From: Candidatus Latescibacterota bacterium
GTDB taxonomy: Bacteria; Latescibacterota; UBA2968; UBA8231
DNA: 64,000 nucleotides
Assembly (NCBI GenBank): GCA_965243025.1
Contig: CBDETY010000003.1
Coordinates: 2,400,001-2,464,000 of the forward strand
Direction of reading: 5' to 3'
Numbering within the stretch: the stretch's first letter is position 1; every line of letters begins with the position of its first letter. The notes beneath the pieces are model-generated. The model made no database searches. It had not been told where the DNA came from and saw only the letters and a program-made list of their open reading frames with translations. The position numbers were made by a program, and so were the translations under genes. Below, piece by piece: positions 53,342 through 62,714 of the stretch.

Positions 53342-55402
53342 TCAGTTCGCCGCAACGGCCGGCTCGGTCCGGAAGAAACACTGTTCGACGTAGTTCGAGG
53401 CGGTGGTCTCGTAGTACCCCCGCTGCCGGGCAACCGAGATGTTCCCGAGCCGCTTCGAGTACACGAACGGCACCGGGGCCTCCGAGACCGTGCTCAGCAC
53501 GTACAGGTGCTCGGCGAGCAGGCGGAACACCTCCCCGGCCGCGGCATCCCGCTCCGTTTCGGTCGGGGCGGCGAACATGCGGTCGCAGGAGTCGAGCACC
53601 TCCCGCGCCCAGGGGGCCGGCTCGACCCCCTCGGCCCCGCTGGTCAGGAACCACTTGTGCCACAGCGGCGTGTGGGTGAAGCCGCAGATGAAGCTCCTGT
53701 CGGTCGGCACGGCGCCGTTGCCGCACCAGACGATGGCCTGGTGGCCGTTCGCCTCCCGCAGCTGGTCGAGCAGGCCGGAGGATTTTACGATGACGTCGAT
53801 GCCGAGGGCGCTCCAGTACTCCTGGGCCATCTCGGCGCCGTTCCCCCACTCGGTCTGCTCCGACGGGTAGTGGAGGATGAAGGTCAGCCGCTCGCCGTCC
53901 GGACGCAGGCGGAAGCGGCGCTCCTCGTCCCAGCGCAGCCCCATCTCGTCGAGGAGCCGGTGGGCGCGCTCCAGGTCGTACTCCGCGTAAGCGCCTGCGA
54001 ACGAGGGATCGTACCAGCGGCTGTCGCGGGGCGGGGCCAGCTGCGAGGGCCTGCCGGCCCCGAGCCACAGCACCTCGTTCATCTCCTCGCGGTTGAAGGC
54101 CAGCGACAGGGCGCGTCGGAAGCGGACGTCGCCGATGATGCGGTTCCAGACCGGGTCCTTCGTGTGGTAGTTGAAGGGGTAGATCAGGCGGAACTCCTGG
54201 TCGGTGCGCATGATGACGGCGTGGTAATCCCCCGCCTCCTCGTTGCGCTTGAGCAGCGGGAAGTCGCTGAGCCGCATCCACTGGAACTGCAGGTCGGTCT
54301 CCCCCGAGATGATCTTGAGGTTCTTCATCTGGATGTCGGAGACGTAGGTGCGCGCCAGGCGGTCGATGTAGGGAAGCTGGTTCCCCTCCGGGTCGATCTT
54401 GTAGTAGTAGGGGTTGCGCTCGAGCACGAGGTCCCCGGGGTTGGGCTGCGCCACGTGCAGCCAGGGATCGAGAGTCGGGTAGCTCTCGACGCCGGGGACC
54501 TTTCCCGGCACGAACTCCTCCACTCCCCAGCGGCGGGCGTGCATGTAGGTGAACCACCGGGGCCAGTCCTCCGGCCCGGGATACCCCATCTCTTTCATGC
54601 GCGGCAGCAGCGACTCGATGTCGGCGTACTTCCTGTGGAACGGCTTGAGATGGTGGGACGGCAGCATGAACCACCACCAGCGCCACTGCGCCAGGCGCTG
54701 CAGGAAGACCCCGGCGGGGCGGGCGAACACGAAGCGGAAGGTGTAGCGGTCGAGGATCTCGAGCTTCACCGGCTCCCCCCCCCAGGCCGCCCACTCCTGC
54801 GGCACCGGGTAGAGCTCCTTGTCGAGGACGACGTCCTCGATGCAGAAGCGGACGTCCTCGGTGGTCACCGGGGTTCCGTCCGACCACCGGAGGCCCCGGC
54901 GGATGCGGAAGGTGAAGGCCCGGGCCCCATCTTCCTGCTTCCAGTGCTCGAGCACGCCGGGCTGCAGGGTGGCGTTGATGTACTGGACGATCGGGGAGGT
55001 GCCCGGCTCAGGCTTGATCTCGAGCAGCTGGGTCTCGTTGAAGTAGCGCAGGTAGGTGTCGCCGACGAACCCGGCGGCGGCGTAGCGCAGGGTGCCCCCG
55101 TACGAACCGATCTCCTCCCAGGGCACGACCACCAGCGGGTTCTCCGGAAGGCGCTCGTCAACCGGGGGCAGCTCGCCGCGGACGACGCGTTCGGCCAGCA
55201 GGGGCGGTTCCCGGAAGCCGGAAACGGCGCGCCCGGTGAGAGCGGCGTAGTCGTTGAGGTTGTAGCCGTTGCCCGAGTGCGGGTCGTCGACGAACTCCCC
55301 TGCCGCCGGGGCGGCCGCGGGCGGAGGCGGCAGCCGCGGTTTCTCCGCCGCCATGCAGGCGGCGAGGAAGGCGAGCGGCAGCAGGGAGACAGGTTTCGGC
55401 AT
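53342..55402 (-). CDS. ABC transporter substrate-binding protein, family 5 (lipoprotein)
   Basis: Lipobox FLAAC from ATG 55402; GELPPVDERLPENP, YGGTLR, GLRWSDGTPVTTEDV, RNPYYYKIDPEGNQLPYID. Confidence 0.9.
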   Translation of the reverse strand: MPKPVSLLPLAFLAACMAAEKPRLPPPPAAAPAAGEFVDDPHSGNGYNLNDYAALTGRAVSGFREPPLLAERVVRGELPPVDERLPENPLVVVPWEEIGSYGGTLRYAAAGFVGDTYLRYFNETQLLEIKPEPGTSPIVQYINATLQPGVLEHWKQEDGARAFTFRIRRGLRWSDGTPVTTEDVRFCIEDVVLDKELYPVPQEWAAWGGEPVKLEILDRYTFRFVFARPAGVFLQRLAQWRWWWFMLPSHHLKPFHRKYADIESLLPRMKEMGYPGPEDWPRWFTYMHARRWGVEEFVPGKVPGVESYPTLDPWLHVAQPNPGDLVLERNPYYYKIDPEGNQLPYIDRLARTYVSDIQMKNLKIISGETDLQFQWMRLSDFPLLKRNEEAGDYHAVIMRTDQEFRLIYPFNYHTKDPVWNRIIGDVRFRRALSLAFNREEMNEVLWLGAGRPSQLAPPRDSRWYDPSFAGAYAEYDLERAHRLLDEMGLRWDEERRFRLRPDGERLTFILHYPSEQTEWGNGAEMAQEYWSALGIDVIVKSSGLLDQLREANGHQAIVWCGNGAVPTDRSFICGFTHTPLWHKWFLTSGAEGVEPAPWAREVLDSCDRMFAAPTETERDAAAGEVFRLLAEHLYVLSTVSEAPVPFVYSKRLGNISVARQRGYYETTASNYVEQCFFRTEPAVAAN

Positions 55403-55688
55403 GGCGGGTCTAAAGGTGTTATCCTTCCTTCGTCCGGAGTGGGGAAATCTGAGCCCCGGCGGTTTCGCTCCTCCGGTCACACTGAAGCGTTTTCCGGTTT
55501 GATCTTTCCAAAAGGAGCTCGATCCGGATGCCATCCCGACGCGATCGCCCCTCGCAAACAATGCCTTCTCCGCCGCAAACCAAAACCGGTCGATGGCTCC
55601 TCTGCAAGCCGAGCCGGCAGGGGCCGGCCCCCTGCCTGCCCCGCAGGCCGGCAGCGCGGAGGGAGAACCGGCCGACAGGGACCACGCC

Positions 55689-56909
55689 ATGAACAGGGAC
55701 GAGCTTCACGCCAGAGCGGTCCGCCTGGAGCGGGAGCTTCGCGAGACCCGCGAACTTCTGCGCCGGGCCTGCCACGACCCCGGAGCTTTCACCGCCGAGC
55801 TGGTGCGCACCCGCGCCTACGCTTTCGACGCCGCACGGCCGGTCGCCGAGGTGGTCAGCGGTTGCGCCGGTTCCCTGGACCGGTACGGGTTCTGCGTCAT
55901 CGACAACGCAATCCCGGACGGGGAGGTGGAGGCCGTCCGGGAGGAGGTGGCAGCCGCCCGGGAGGTCATCTCCCGCAACATCGAGGCGATCAGGGAGCTC
56001 TCTGAAAAAGATGCGCCGACGGCAGGCGCCGGAGGGGGAGTGGAGCTGCGCCCGGTGCGCCGCCTCGGACATCCGCCCAAACCTCCCAACGACATCGTCT
56101 GGATGCCCCGCTTCGCCCGCCACCTGGCTTCCCCGGTGGTAACCGCCCTGGCGCGCCGCGTCCTCGACGACCACCTGCGCATCGCCCAGCTGCATTCGCG
56201 CATCGTCCCGGCGGACAAGCCGGACGAAACCGGGGTGGCGCCCCGGAAGCACCCCCTCATGCGCGGTTGGCACACGGACTGGCCCCACGACCTGTCGGCC
56301 TACGGCATGGGATCTCCCCTGGAAAACGCCGGCTGCATCCGCCAGCCCTTCCCGGACGTAACCATGTGTCTGGTGATGATCTGGTATCTCACCGACGTCG
56401 ATGAAAACTCCGGCGGCACCTGGGCGGTCCCCGGATCGCACAGGGACAAACGCAACCCGCGCGGCCCCGGCGACGGCATCATGGTCACCGCTCCGATCCC
56501 CGGCGACATGCAAGTGAGGGCGAAGGCCGGATCGGTCTATATCCAGGACTCCCGTACCTGGCATGCCTCCCCCCGGAACAACCCCAGCGGCCGGGACCGG
56601 GTGGCCATGGTGACCCGCTGGTGTCCCTGGTGGTTGTCGGTCGACGACTTCGCCCCGGGCGATGCCTTCAGCACCAACATGGTCTGCCGGCCGCTCTCCC
56701 AAGAGGAGTATCTCGCCCTGCCCGAGGCCCTGCGGCCGCTGATGAGGCACCTCTGTCCCGGCGAGCGGGACACCCTCCAGCAGCCGGTGCTCGACCGCTC
56801 CGAGGCGGCCGATCGTCAGAACCAGCGGGGATTCCGCCTGCTGGAGGAAAACCCGCAAGCCCTGGCACAGGCCAACGCCCACATCCGGGTCCCGGTGGAG
56901 GATCGGTGA
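55689..56909 (+). CDS. Phytanoyl-CoA dioxygenase (PhyH) family Fe(II)/2-oxoglutarate oxygenase
   Basis: GFCVIDNAI, WHTD (HxD), YLTDVDENSGGTWAVPGSH, WHAS...N...R. Confidence 0.88.
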   Translation: MNRDELHARAVRLERELRETRELLRRACHDPGAFTAELVRTRAYAFDAARPVAEVVSGCAGSLDRYGFCVIDNAIPDGEVEAVREEVAAAREVISRNIEAIRELSEKDAPTAGAGGGVELRPVRRLGHPPKPPNDIVWMPRFARHLASPVVTALARRVLDDHLRIAQLHSRIVPADKPDETGVAPRKHPLMRGWHTDWPHDLSAYGMGSPLENAGCIRQPFPDVTMCLVMIWYLTDVDENSGGTWAVPGSHRDKRNPRGPGDGIMVTAPIPGDMQVRAKAGSVYIQDSRTWHASPRNNPSGRDRVAMVTRWCPWWLSVDDFAPGDAFSTNMVCRPLSQEEYLALPEALRPLMRHLCPGERDTLQQPVLDRSEAADRQNQRGFRLLEENPQALAQANAHIRVPVEDR

Positions 56910-56931
56910 GGCCGGGGGAGCGGGAGCGCGC

Positions 56932-57297
56932 GTGAGCCGCAAGAGCGAAACCTGCTTCGGCAGCCGGACATCCGGTCCGCTGATGGAGTACGACTCGGAA
57001 TTCGATGCGCGGGAAGCGGCGGAGTACGCCAACAGCCGTTACCGCAGGAACCTGGCCCCGTACCGGTGCGACCGCTGCGGCATGTGGCATCTCGCGCCAG
57101 ACGACAGGGACACCCCGAGCCGTCCGTGCGGGTACTGCACCGGCAGGGACGGCCAGCCCAAGGAGTCGTACCGCAGCCGCGAGGCCGCGGCTGCCAGGGC
57201 GGAGATCCTGCGGAAGGAAGAAGGGGCCTCGCTGCAGGTGTACGCCTGCCAGTACGGCGATGGCTGGCACCTCACCGGCAGCCGCCGGCGGCGTTGA
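56932..57297 (+). CDS. Small Cys/His-rich protein with two tandem YxS..A...YxCxxxxxWHL putative zinc-binding repeats
   Basis: Internal duplication PYRCDRCGMWHL and VYACQYGDGWHL; GTG start after a G-rich RBS. Confidence 0.7.
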   Translation: MSRKSETCFGSRTSGPLMEYDSEFDAREAAEYANSRYRRNLAPYRCDRCGMWHLAPDDRDTPSRPCGYCTGRDGQPKESYRSREAAAARAEILRKEEGASLQVYACQYGDGWHLTGSRRRR

Positions 57298-57334
57298 GGT
57301 GCGTCGCCAGCTTTCACCGGAACGGAAAATCAAA

Positions 57335-58105
57335 ATGCCCCCCGACATCGACCGCTGCGTCGAGGAAGTCCTGACCAGGGGCCACTGCCTTCTGGAGAAC
57401 CAGTTCCCCCGCGGCGCCTGCGAGGCCTGCCGCGCCGGGTTCCTCCCCCTGCTCGAGGAGGTAGCCCGCCGCATCCCGGAAGGGAACCGAGGCCCCGACC
57501 GCTGGGCCATCGGCCTGCCGTTCGCGCCCCCCTTCTACCACTCCGCCTTCTTTCTCGACGAGACCGTCAACCGGATCTGCGGCCGCATCCTCGGTGAGGA
57601 CATGCATGTCGTCTACTACGGCACCGACACCCCGGTCGCCGGCTCGGAGTACCAGAAGGTCCACGCCGACATTCCGATGCTGTTCCCGGAGGATCCCAAC
57701 CACAGGCATCCCCCCGCGACCCTGTCGGTGCGCTTCACCTTCGGCGACATGACGATGGAGAACGGCCCCTTCGAGGTTGCCCCGGGCATGCAGCACCTGC
57801 CGCGCCAGGAGACGCTGGCCCGGCTGGAATCAGGGGAGCTGCCCCTGGAACCGCTGCTGCTGAACGCCGGGGACGTGATCGTGTCGGACGCCCGCACCCC
57901 TCACCGGGGCACCCCCAACCGCACCGGCGAGCCGCGGCCGTTCGCCGTCATCGTATACAACCGCTCCTGGTACTTCACCGAGTCGATGGACGCCCGCGAG
58001 CTCGAGGCCAACGAGGAGACTCCGAGGCTCACCGAATCCTTCTACCGATCCCTGTCGGAGAAGGAGCAGTTCCTGCTGCGCCGGCTGAAGAGGCAGCCGG
58101 GGTAA
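57335..58105 (+). CDS. Second PhyH-family dioxygenase
   Basis: QKVHAD, ENGPFEVAPG, AGDVIV.DARTPHRGTPN...R. Confidence 0.88.
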   Translation: MPPDIDRCVEEVLTRGHCLLENQFPRGACEACRAGFLPLLEEVARRIPEGNRGPDRWAIGLPFAPPFYHSAFFLDETVNRICGRILGEDMHVVYYGTDTPVAGSEYQKVHADIPMLFPEDPNHRHPPATLSVRFTFGDMTMENGPFEVAPGMQHLPRQETLARLESGELPLEPLLLNAGDVIVSDARTPHRGTPNRTGEPRPFAVIVYNRSWYFTESMDARELEANEETPRLTESFYRSLSEKEQFLLRRLKRQPG

Positions 58106-58129
58106 TTTCCCGCGGCGGCAGGAAGGGCT

Positions 58130-59101
58130 TCAGTGGACCTTCCTGGCGCGGTAGTCGGCCATGACCTGTTCGGTGCGGCGCAGGAGGTGCTCGTCCTTCT
58201 CGCTGCGCACCGCGGTGGGGTCCATCCCCGACCAGTCGTAGTACCCCTTGCCCGACTTCAGCCCGGTCTCGCCGCGCTCGACCATGGCGCGGAGGTAGGC
58301 CAGGGCATCCTCCCAGCCCCCGAGGTGCCGCCACAGGTGGCCGGCCACGTTGACGTGCATCTCGAGGCCGTTGATGTCGCGCTGCTTGAGGGGGCCGGCG
58401 GTGGTGAACCGCGGCGAAAGGCCCAGCTCGACGGCCAGGTCGATGGACTCGGCGTCGGCCACGCCGGTCACCAGCAGGTTCACGGCCTCGCAGATCACGG
58501 CGTGCTGCAGGCGGTTGCACAGGAAGCCGGGCACGTCCTTCTCGACGCGCAGGGGGATCTTGTCCAGCCGCTTCCAGATCTCGCAGGCCCGGTCCATGGC
58601 TTCGTCCGAGGTGTGCTGCCCGCGGATGACCTCGAGGACGGGGACGATGTGGGCGGGTTGGAAGAAGTGGGAACCGGCGATGCGGTCGGGATGGGCCATG
58701 CGCTCGCCGAGCTGGGTGATGGGCAGGCCGGAGGTGTTGCTCGCCAGCACCGTGTCCCTGGGGGCCGCCGCGTCCATGCGCCCGAAGACCTCCTGCTTGG
58801 CCTCGAGGTTCTCGGTGATCGACTCGACGACGAACTGCGCGGAGCCGACCGCTTCCTCCAGCCCGGTGGTCGCGCGGATGCGGCCGGCCACCGCGGCGGC
58901 GGTCTCGCCCTTCAGCAGATCGTGCCTTTGCAGGTCCCCGGCGCCCCGCCGGATGTTGGCCATGGCCTGGTCCAGGGTTTCCCGCCGCCGGCTCATCAGC
59001 GCGGTTTCCCTGCTGCCGAGGGCCAGCACGAGGGCGATCTGGCTGCCCATGAGGCCGCCTCCCACGACGGCCGACTTCTCGAGAAAGAGATCCGGTGCCA
59101 A
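58130..59101 (-). CDS. 3-hydroxyacyl-CoA dehydrogenase family protein
   Basis: VVGGGLMGSQIA, VESITENLEAKQ, LASNTSGL, GSHFFQP, PGFLCNR, GLKSGKGYY. Confidence 0.93.
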   Translation of the reverse strand: MAPDLFLEKSAVVGGGLMGSQIALVLALGSRETALMSRRRETLDQAMANIRRGAGDLQRHDLLKGETAAAVAGRIRATTGLEEAVGSAQFVVESITENLEAKQEVFGRMDAAAPRDTVLASNTSGLPITQLGERMAHPDRIAGSHFFQPAHIVPVLEVIRGQHTSDEAMDRACEIWKRLDKIPLRVEKDVPGFLCNRLQHAVICEAVNLLVTGVADAESIDLAVELGLSPRFTTAGPLKQRDINGLEMHVNVAGHLWRHLGGWEDALAYLRAMVERGETGLKSGKGYYDWSGMDPTAVRSEKDEHLLRRTEQVMADYRARKVH

Positions 59102-59201
59102 TACCTTCCGCCTCCTTGCGCGGGTTCCAGTTAGTAAGGTTTCACGCTGCCCCGGCCTTCATCGACCGGGTCGGTCGAGACCGATGGGTACCTACTGGTC
59201 T

Positions 59202-60545
59202 TCAGCTTCCGGCGGCCCCGCCGGCGCGGCGGCCGGCGGACGCTGCCCGGAGCGTGCCCTTCACGGCCTGCAGCGAATCCCCGGCCGCCTGAAGGGTACG
59301 GTCGACGTCCCCGTCGCTGTGCGCCAGCGACAGGTAGAGCTTGCCCCCGGGGGTGACCAGGACGCCGCGGCGGATCATCTCCACCCCGAAGCGGCGGGCG
59401 GCGTCAGCGTCGGCCTGCAGCCCGTCGGCGTGGTTGCGGACCGGGGCCTCGGTGAAGACCGGCTGCAGCACGGGACCGTCGCCGATCACCTGGAATGGAA
59501 GCCCGAGACGCCCGCCGGCTTCCTCCAGGCCCTGCCGCAGGCGCTCCGAGACCTCGTAAAGCCGCGGGTAGACCCCCTCCTTCTCCAGCTCGTCGAGGGT
59601 CGCCAGCCCGGCGGCGCAGCCAACGGGATTGCCGTTCATGGTGCCGCTGGCAAAAACGTAGCCGCTCTCGGCTTTCCGCCGGGGGTCGGCCAGGGCCATG
59701 ACCTCCTCGCGGCCGCAGACCGCGGCCAGCGGGTAGCCGCCGCTGATCGTCTTGCCGTACACCGCCAGGTCCGGCACCACGCCGTAGCGCTCCTGTGCGC
59801 CTCCCCGGGCGAGGCGGAAGCCGGTGACGATCTCGTCGAAGACCAGCAGCACCCCGCGGTCCCGCGTCACCTCCCTCAGCCTCCCGAGGAAGCCCGGCTC
59901 CGGGCGGATGGCCCGCTGCAGCGGCTCGACGATGACGGCGGCCAGCTCGTCCGCGTTGTCCTCCACGATCCGCTCCGCCGCCCCGGGATCGTTGAAGGGG
60001 GAGACGAGAACCGTCCTCGATGCGCCCCCCGGAATCCCGGAGGAGTCCGGCGCCGGGGTCGGGTACTCCGCCGGGCGGGAGGGGGCGGCGCTCTGCATGG
60101 CGTAGTCGTGGGCGCCGTGCCATCCCCCCTCGAACTTGAGGACCTTCTCCCGGCCGGTGAAGGCCCGGGCGAGGCGCAGGGCGGTGAAGGTCCCCTCGGT
60201 TCCGGAGCTGGCGTAGCGCAGCAGGCCGCCGCAGGGAACGGCCTCGGTGACCCGCCGCGCCAGGTGCAGGGCGGGCTCGTTGAGGCCGTAGAAGGTCGAC
60301 CCCAGGCCCGCCTGCTCGCGCACCGCGGCGACCACCGCGGGGTGGGCGTGCCCGAGGATCAGCGGACCCGAGCCGAGGACGTAGTCGATGTACTCCTTCC
60401 CGGCCACGTCCCGGATGCGGCTGCCCTCGCCCCGGTGGAACACGGCAGCGACCTCGTCGGGGAGCCGGAACATCCCGAAGCAGCCCCCCGCCAGGACGCG
60501 CTCGGACAGCTCTATAAGGCTCTGCTGCAGGCCGGCCCGCTCCAC
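59202..60545 (-). CDS. Class III PLP aminotransferase (glutamate-1-semialdehyde aminomutase-like)
   Basis: DVAGKEYIDY, LILGHAHP, SSGTE, KFEGGWHG, VFDEIVTGFR, YGKTISGG; probable GTG start at 60545 (ORF track extends to 60638). Confidence 0.9.
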   Translation of the reverse strand: MERAGLQQSLIELSERVLAGGCFGMFRLPDEVAAVFHRGEGSRIRDVAGKEYIDYVLGSGPLILGHAHPAVVAAVREQAGLGSTFYGLNEPALHLARRVTEAVPCGGLLRYASSGTEGTFTALRLARAFTGREKVLKFEGGWHGAHDYAMQSAAPSRPAEYPTPAPDSSGIPGGASRTVLVSPFNDPGAAERIVEDNADELAAVIVEPLQRAIRPEPGFLGRLREVTRDRGVLLVFDEIVTGFRLARGGAQERYGVVPDLAVYGKTISGGYPLAAVCGREEVMALADPRRKAESGYVFASGTMNGNPVGCAAGLATLDELEKEGVYPRLYEVSERLRQGLEEAGGRLGLPFQVIGDGPVLQPVFTEAPVRNHADGLQADADAARRFGVEMIRRGVLVTPGGKLYLSLAHSDGDVDRTLQAAGDSLQAVKGTLRAASAGRRAGGAAGS

Positions 60546-60615
60546 CCGTTCATCGCCTCCGCGCCGTGCGGGCGCCGTATCACCCGAGGGCACCGATCCC
60601 TCCCTTGCCTGCCCC

Positions 60616-61974
60616 CTACGGAGCGAACTGGTAGACAATCTGCAACTGCGCCGGATCGGTGATCTCCGGGTCGGTGTGGTGGTAGATGTTCACCGCCCCG
60701 GTGCCGCAGTCGCCGAAGTCGTCGCAGGAAAGCGTGCCGAGGAGGCCCTCGAAGTCCTCGGTCGCGCCGAGCGCCTCGCGCAGGGCGGCGCGGTCGACGT
60801 AGAGCGTGCCGTCCACGACCTCCCCGACGGACTCGATGGCGCTGAACAGCAGCGTTCCCGCGTCGTAGGAATGCACCCAGTACGGGGTGGTCGGAGACTC
60901 GCCGTACGCAGCCGAAAACGCCTCGAGCACGTCGTCGACGCTCTTGCCGGTGGCCTCGTTGACGTTCGCGCCCACCGCCGGCTCCGGACCGGCGAAGTAG
61001 ATGCCCAGCGACTGCGGCAGGGAAAGGAACTCGGTCAGCAGAAAGGCGGAGCTTGTGAGGAGCGTCGCGTCTTCCAGCCCCTCTTTCTCCTGCGCCTGCC
61101 CGGCGAAGTGCTCGCCCTCGGCGGGGAAGATCGGGAAGTAGATCCCGTCCGGCCCGGCTGCGGCGAACTCCTCGAGGATCTCCGCCATTTCCGTGGTCCC
61201 CTTCTCGATCCTGGAAGCGACCGGGACCTCGCCGCCGAGATCGCTGAACGCCCTTCCGAAGGCGACGGTCAGGCCCATGGTGTAGGGATCGCCGTCGTCC
61301 AGGGTCACCACTTTCCGCAGGCCGAGCTCATTGTAGGCGAAATCCGCTACGGCGTTCGCCTCGTAGAGGTCGTTGTTGGTGGTGCGGAAATAACCGGCGT
61401 GGTAGTTGGGACTGGCGTTGCCGGCGAGGTCGGAGGTTAGGGCCGGCGAGGTGTTGCCCGGCGAGATCATCACCAGCCCCGCCTCGCTGAGCAGCGGCGA
61501 GGCCTCGACCGCGGCGCCCGAGCAGGAGGTGCCGATGACGCCGACCACCTGCCCCTCGGCGATGACGGCCGCGGCCGCGGCGCGGCCGCCCTCTCCCGAG
61601 CACATGGCGTCAAGCGATTCTCCGAGGTCGACCTCGCGGCCGTGGATGTCCCCGTAGTCCGCGGCTGCCAGCTCGAGGCTGTTCCGCAACCCGGTGGCGA
61701 GACCGGGAACGACGGTGTGCGAGAACAGCGATCGGATCCGGATGGCCTCGCCGACGCCGATCTCGACCGCTCCGAGCGCTCCGGCCTCGAAGCCGGGGGC
61801 TTCCATATCGGCCCGCGACTCGTCCAGACCGGCCACGGGTGCGCTCCGCGCCGGACTGCTGCCGATGCGCTTGCCGGACGGCTCGCCCGGTGAGGTGGAG
61901 GAAACGGGGTCCCGGTCCGAGCAGGCGCCCAGGACCAGGAGACCGGTCAGCAGAAAAGAGAGTGGGACTTTCAT
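60616..61974 (-). CDS. Branched-chain amino acid ABC transporter substrate-binding lipoprotein (LivJ/LivK-like)
   Basis: Lipobox VLGAC; VVGVIGTSCSG, MISPGNTSPALT, YFRT, DGDPYTMGL, SYDA. Confidence 0.9.
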   Translation of the reverse strand: MKVPLSFLLTGLLVLGACSDRDPVSSTSPGEPSGKRIGSSPARSAPVAGLDESRADMEAPGFEAGALGAVEIGVGEAIRIRSLFSHTVVPGLATGLRNSLELAAADYGDIHGREVDLGESLDAMCSGEGGRAAAAAVIAEGQVVGVIGTSCSGAAVEASPLLSEAGLVMISPGNTSPALTSDLAGNASPNYHAGYFRTTNNDLYEANAVADFAYNELGLRKVVTLDDGDPYTMGLTVAFGRAFSDLGGEVPVASRIEKGTTEMAEILEEFAAAGPDGIYFPIFPAEGEHFAGQAQEKEGLEDATLLTSSAFLLTEFLSLPQSLGIYFAGPEPAVGANVNEATGKSVDDVLEAFSAAYGESPTTPYWVHSYDAGTLLFSAIESVGEVVDGTLYVDRAALREALGATEDFEGLLGTLSCDDFGDCGTGAVNIYHHTDPEITDPAQLQIVYQFAP

Positions 61975-62212
61975 GGGTCCTTCCTTTGAGAAGAATCGGG
62001 TGATTGCCCCGGTAGATGCATGGCAGCAGGAGCTCTCTGCGGTAACCGGAGGAATGGATTGAAAAAGGAGCGGCTCAGGTGAATGACATGCTGCGGGTAT
62101 TCAAGGAAATCCTCCTTTTCGCATGAATGAGATGGAGCCGGGGGAGGTGAAACTTCTGATCCGGGAGTAAGGTGCCGCGGAAAAGCAGCCTGGCTTTTTT
62201 CCATCTGCTGGC

Positions 62213-62713
62213 TCAGGTCGTATCGACGATGGCGACGCCGTCGCGCATCTCGAGCACCAGAACGCGGTCGCCGGGGCTGAGAGCGGCCCGTCCCCCGGCC
62301 CGGCGCGCCAGGAGCTCGATGGTGCGGCCCTGAACGGTTCCCGAGATCTTGCCGGTGCCGCCGACGGCGATGGGGACGGTGACTTCGGCTTCGAGGCCGA
62401 CCAGGTCCTCCCCGTCCAGGGAACTGTCCGCGGTGGAGCTTCCGAGCCGGCTGAGAACCCAGTCTCCCAGGAAGGCGCAGACCATGCCTGTGCCCAGCGC
62501 CGTGAACAACGTGGCGCCCGGCCCCATCAGCAGGCGGCCGAGCAGCCCGGCCAGCCCGAAGAAGAAGGCGAAGAACAACACCGCCCTCAGCCGCAGGAAG
62601 GCCAGCGCCCTCAGCCCGTCTCCCAGGCCATCCCCGTCTCCCCCGAACAGCGAGGCGCCGACCGCGATTCCGCCGACGATCAGGCCGCTCAGGTACAGGT
62701 AGAACAGGTCCAC
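62213..62713 (-). CDS. NfeD-like membrane protein (flotillin partner)
   Basis: N-terminal TM segments followed by OB-fold LVGLEAEVTVPI...GKI...GDRVLVL. Confidence 0.85.
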   Translation of the reverse strand: MDLFYLYLSGLIVGGIAVGASLFGGDGDGLGDGLRALAFLRLRAVLFFAFFFGLAGLLGRLLMGPGATLFTALGTGMVCAFLGDWVLSRLGSSTADSSLDGEDLVGLEAEVTVPIAVGGTGKISGTVQGRTIELLARRAGGRAALSPGDRVLVLEMRDGVAIVDTT

Positions 62714-62714
62714 G

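Noticed and set aside
50322-56005. Very long alternative-frame ORFs (50322..53393 +, 53261..56005 +; similarly 27925..29964 -, 58350..60662 +, 6050..7873 -)
   Set aside because: Antisense or shifted shadows of well-supported genes in high-GC DNA; Arg/Pro/Gly-rich with no recognisable motifs.
59202-60545. Assigning hemL to the class III aminotransferase
   Set aside because: It lacks the typical HemL N-terminal PGGVNSPVR motif and heme-pathway context; left as GSA-aminomutase-like.
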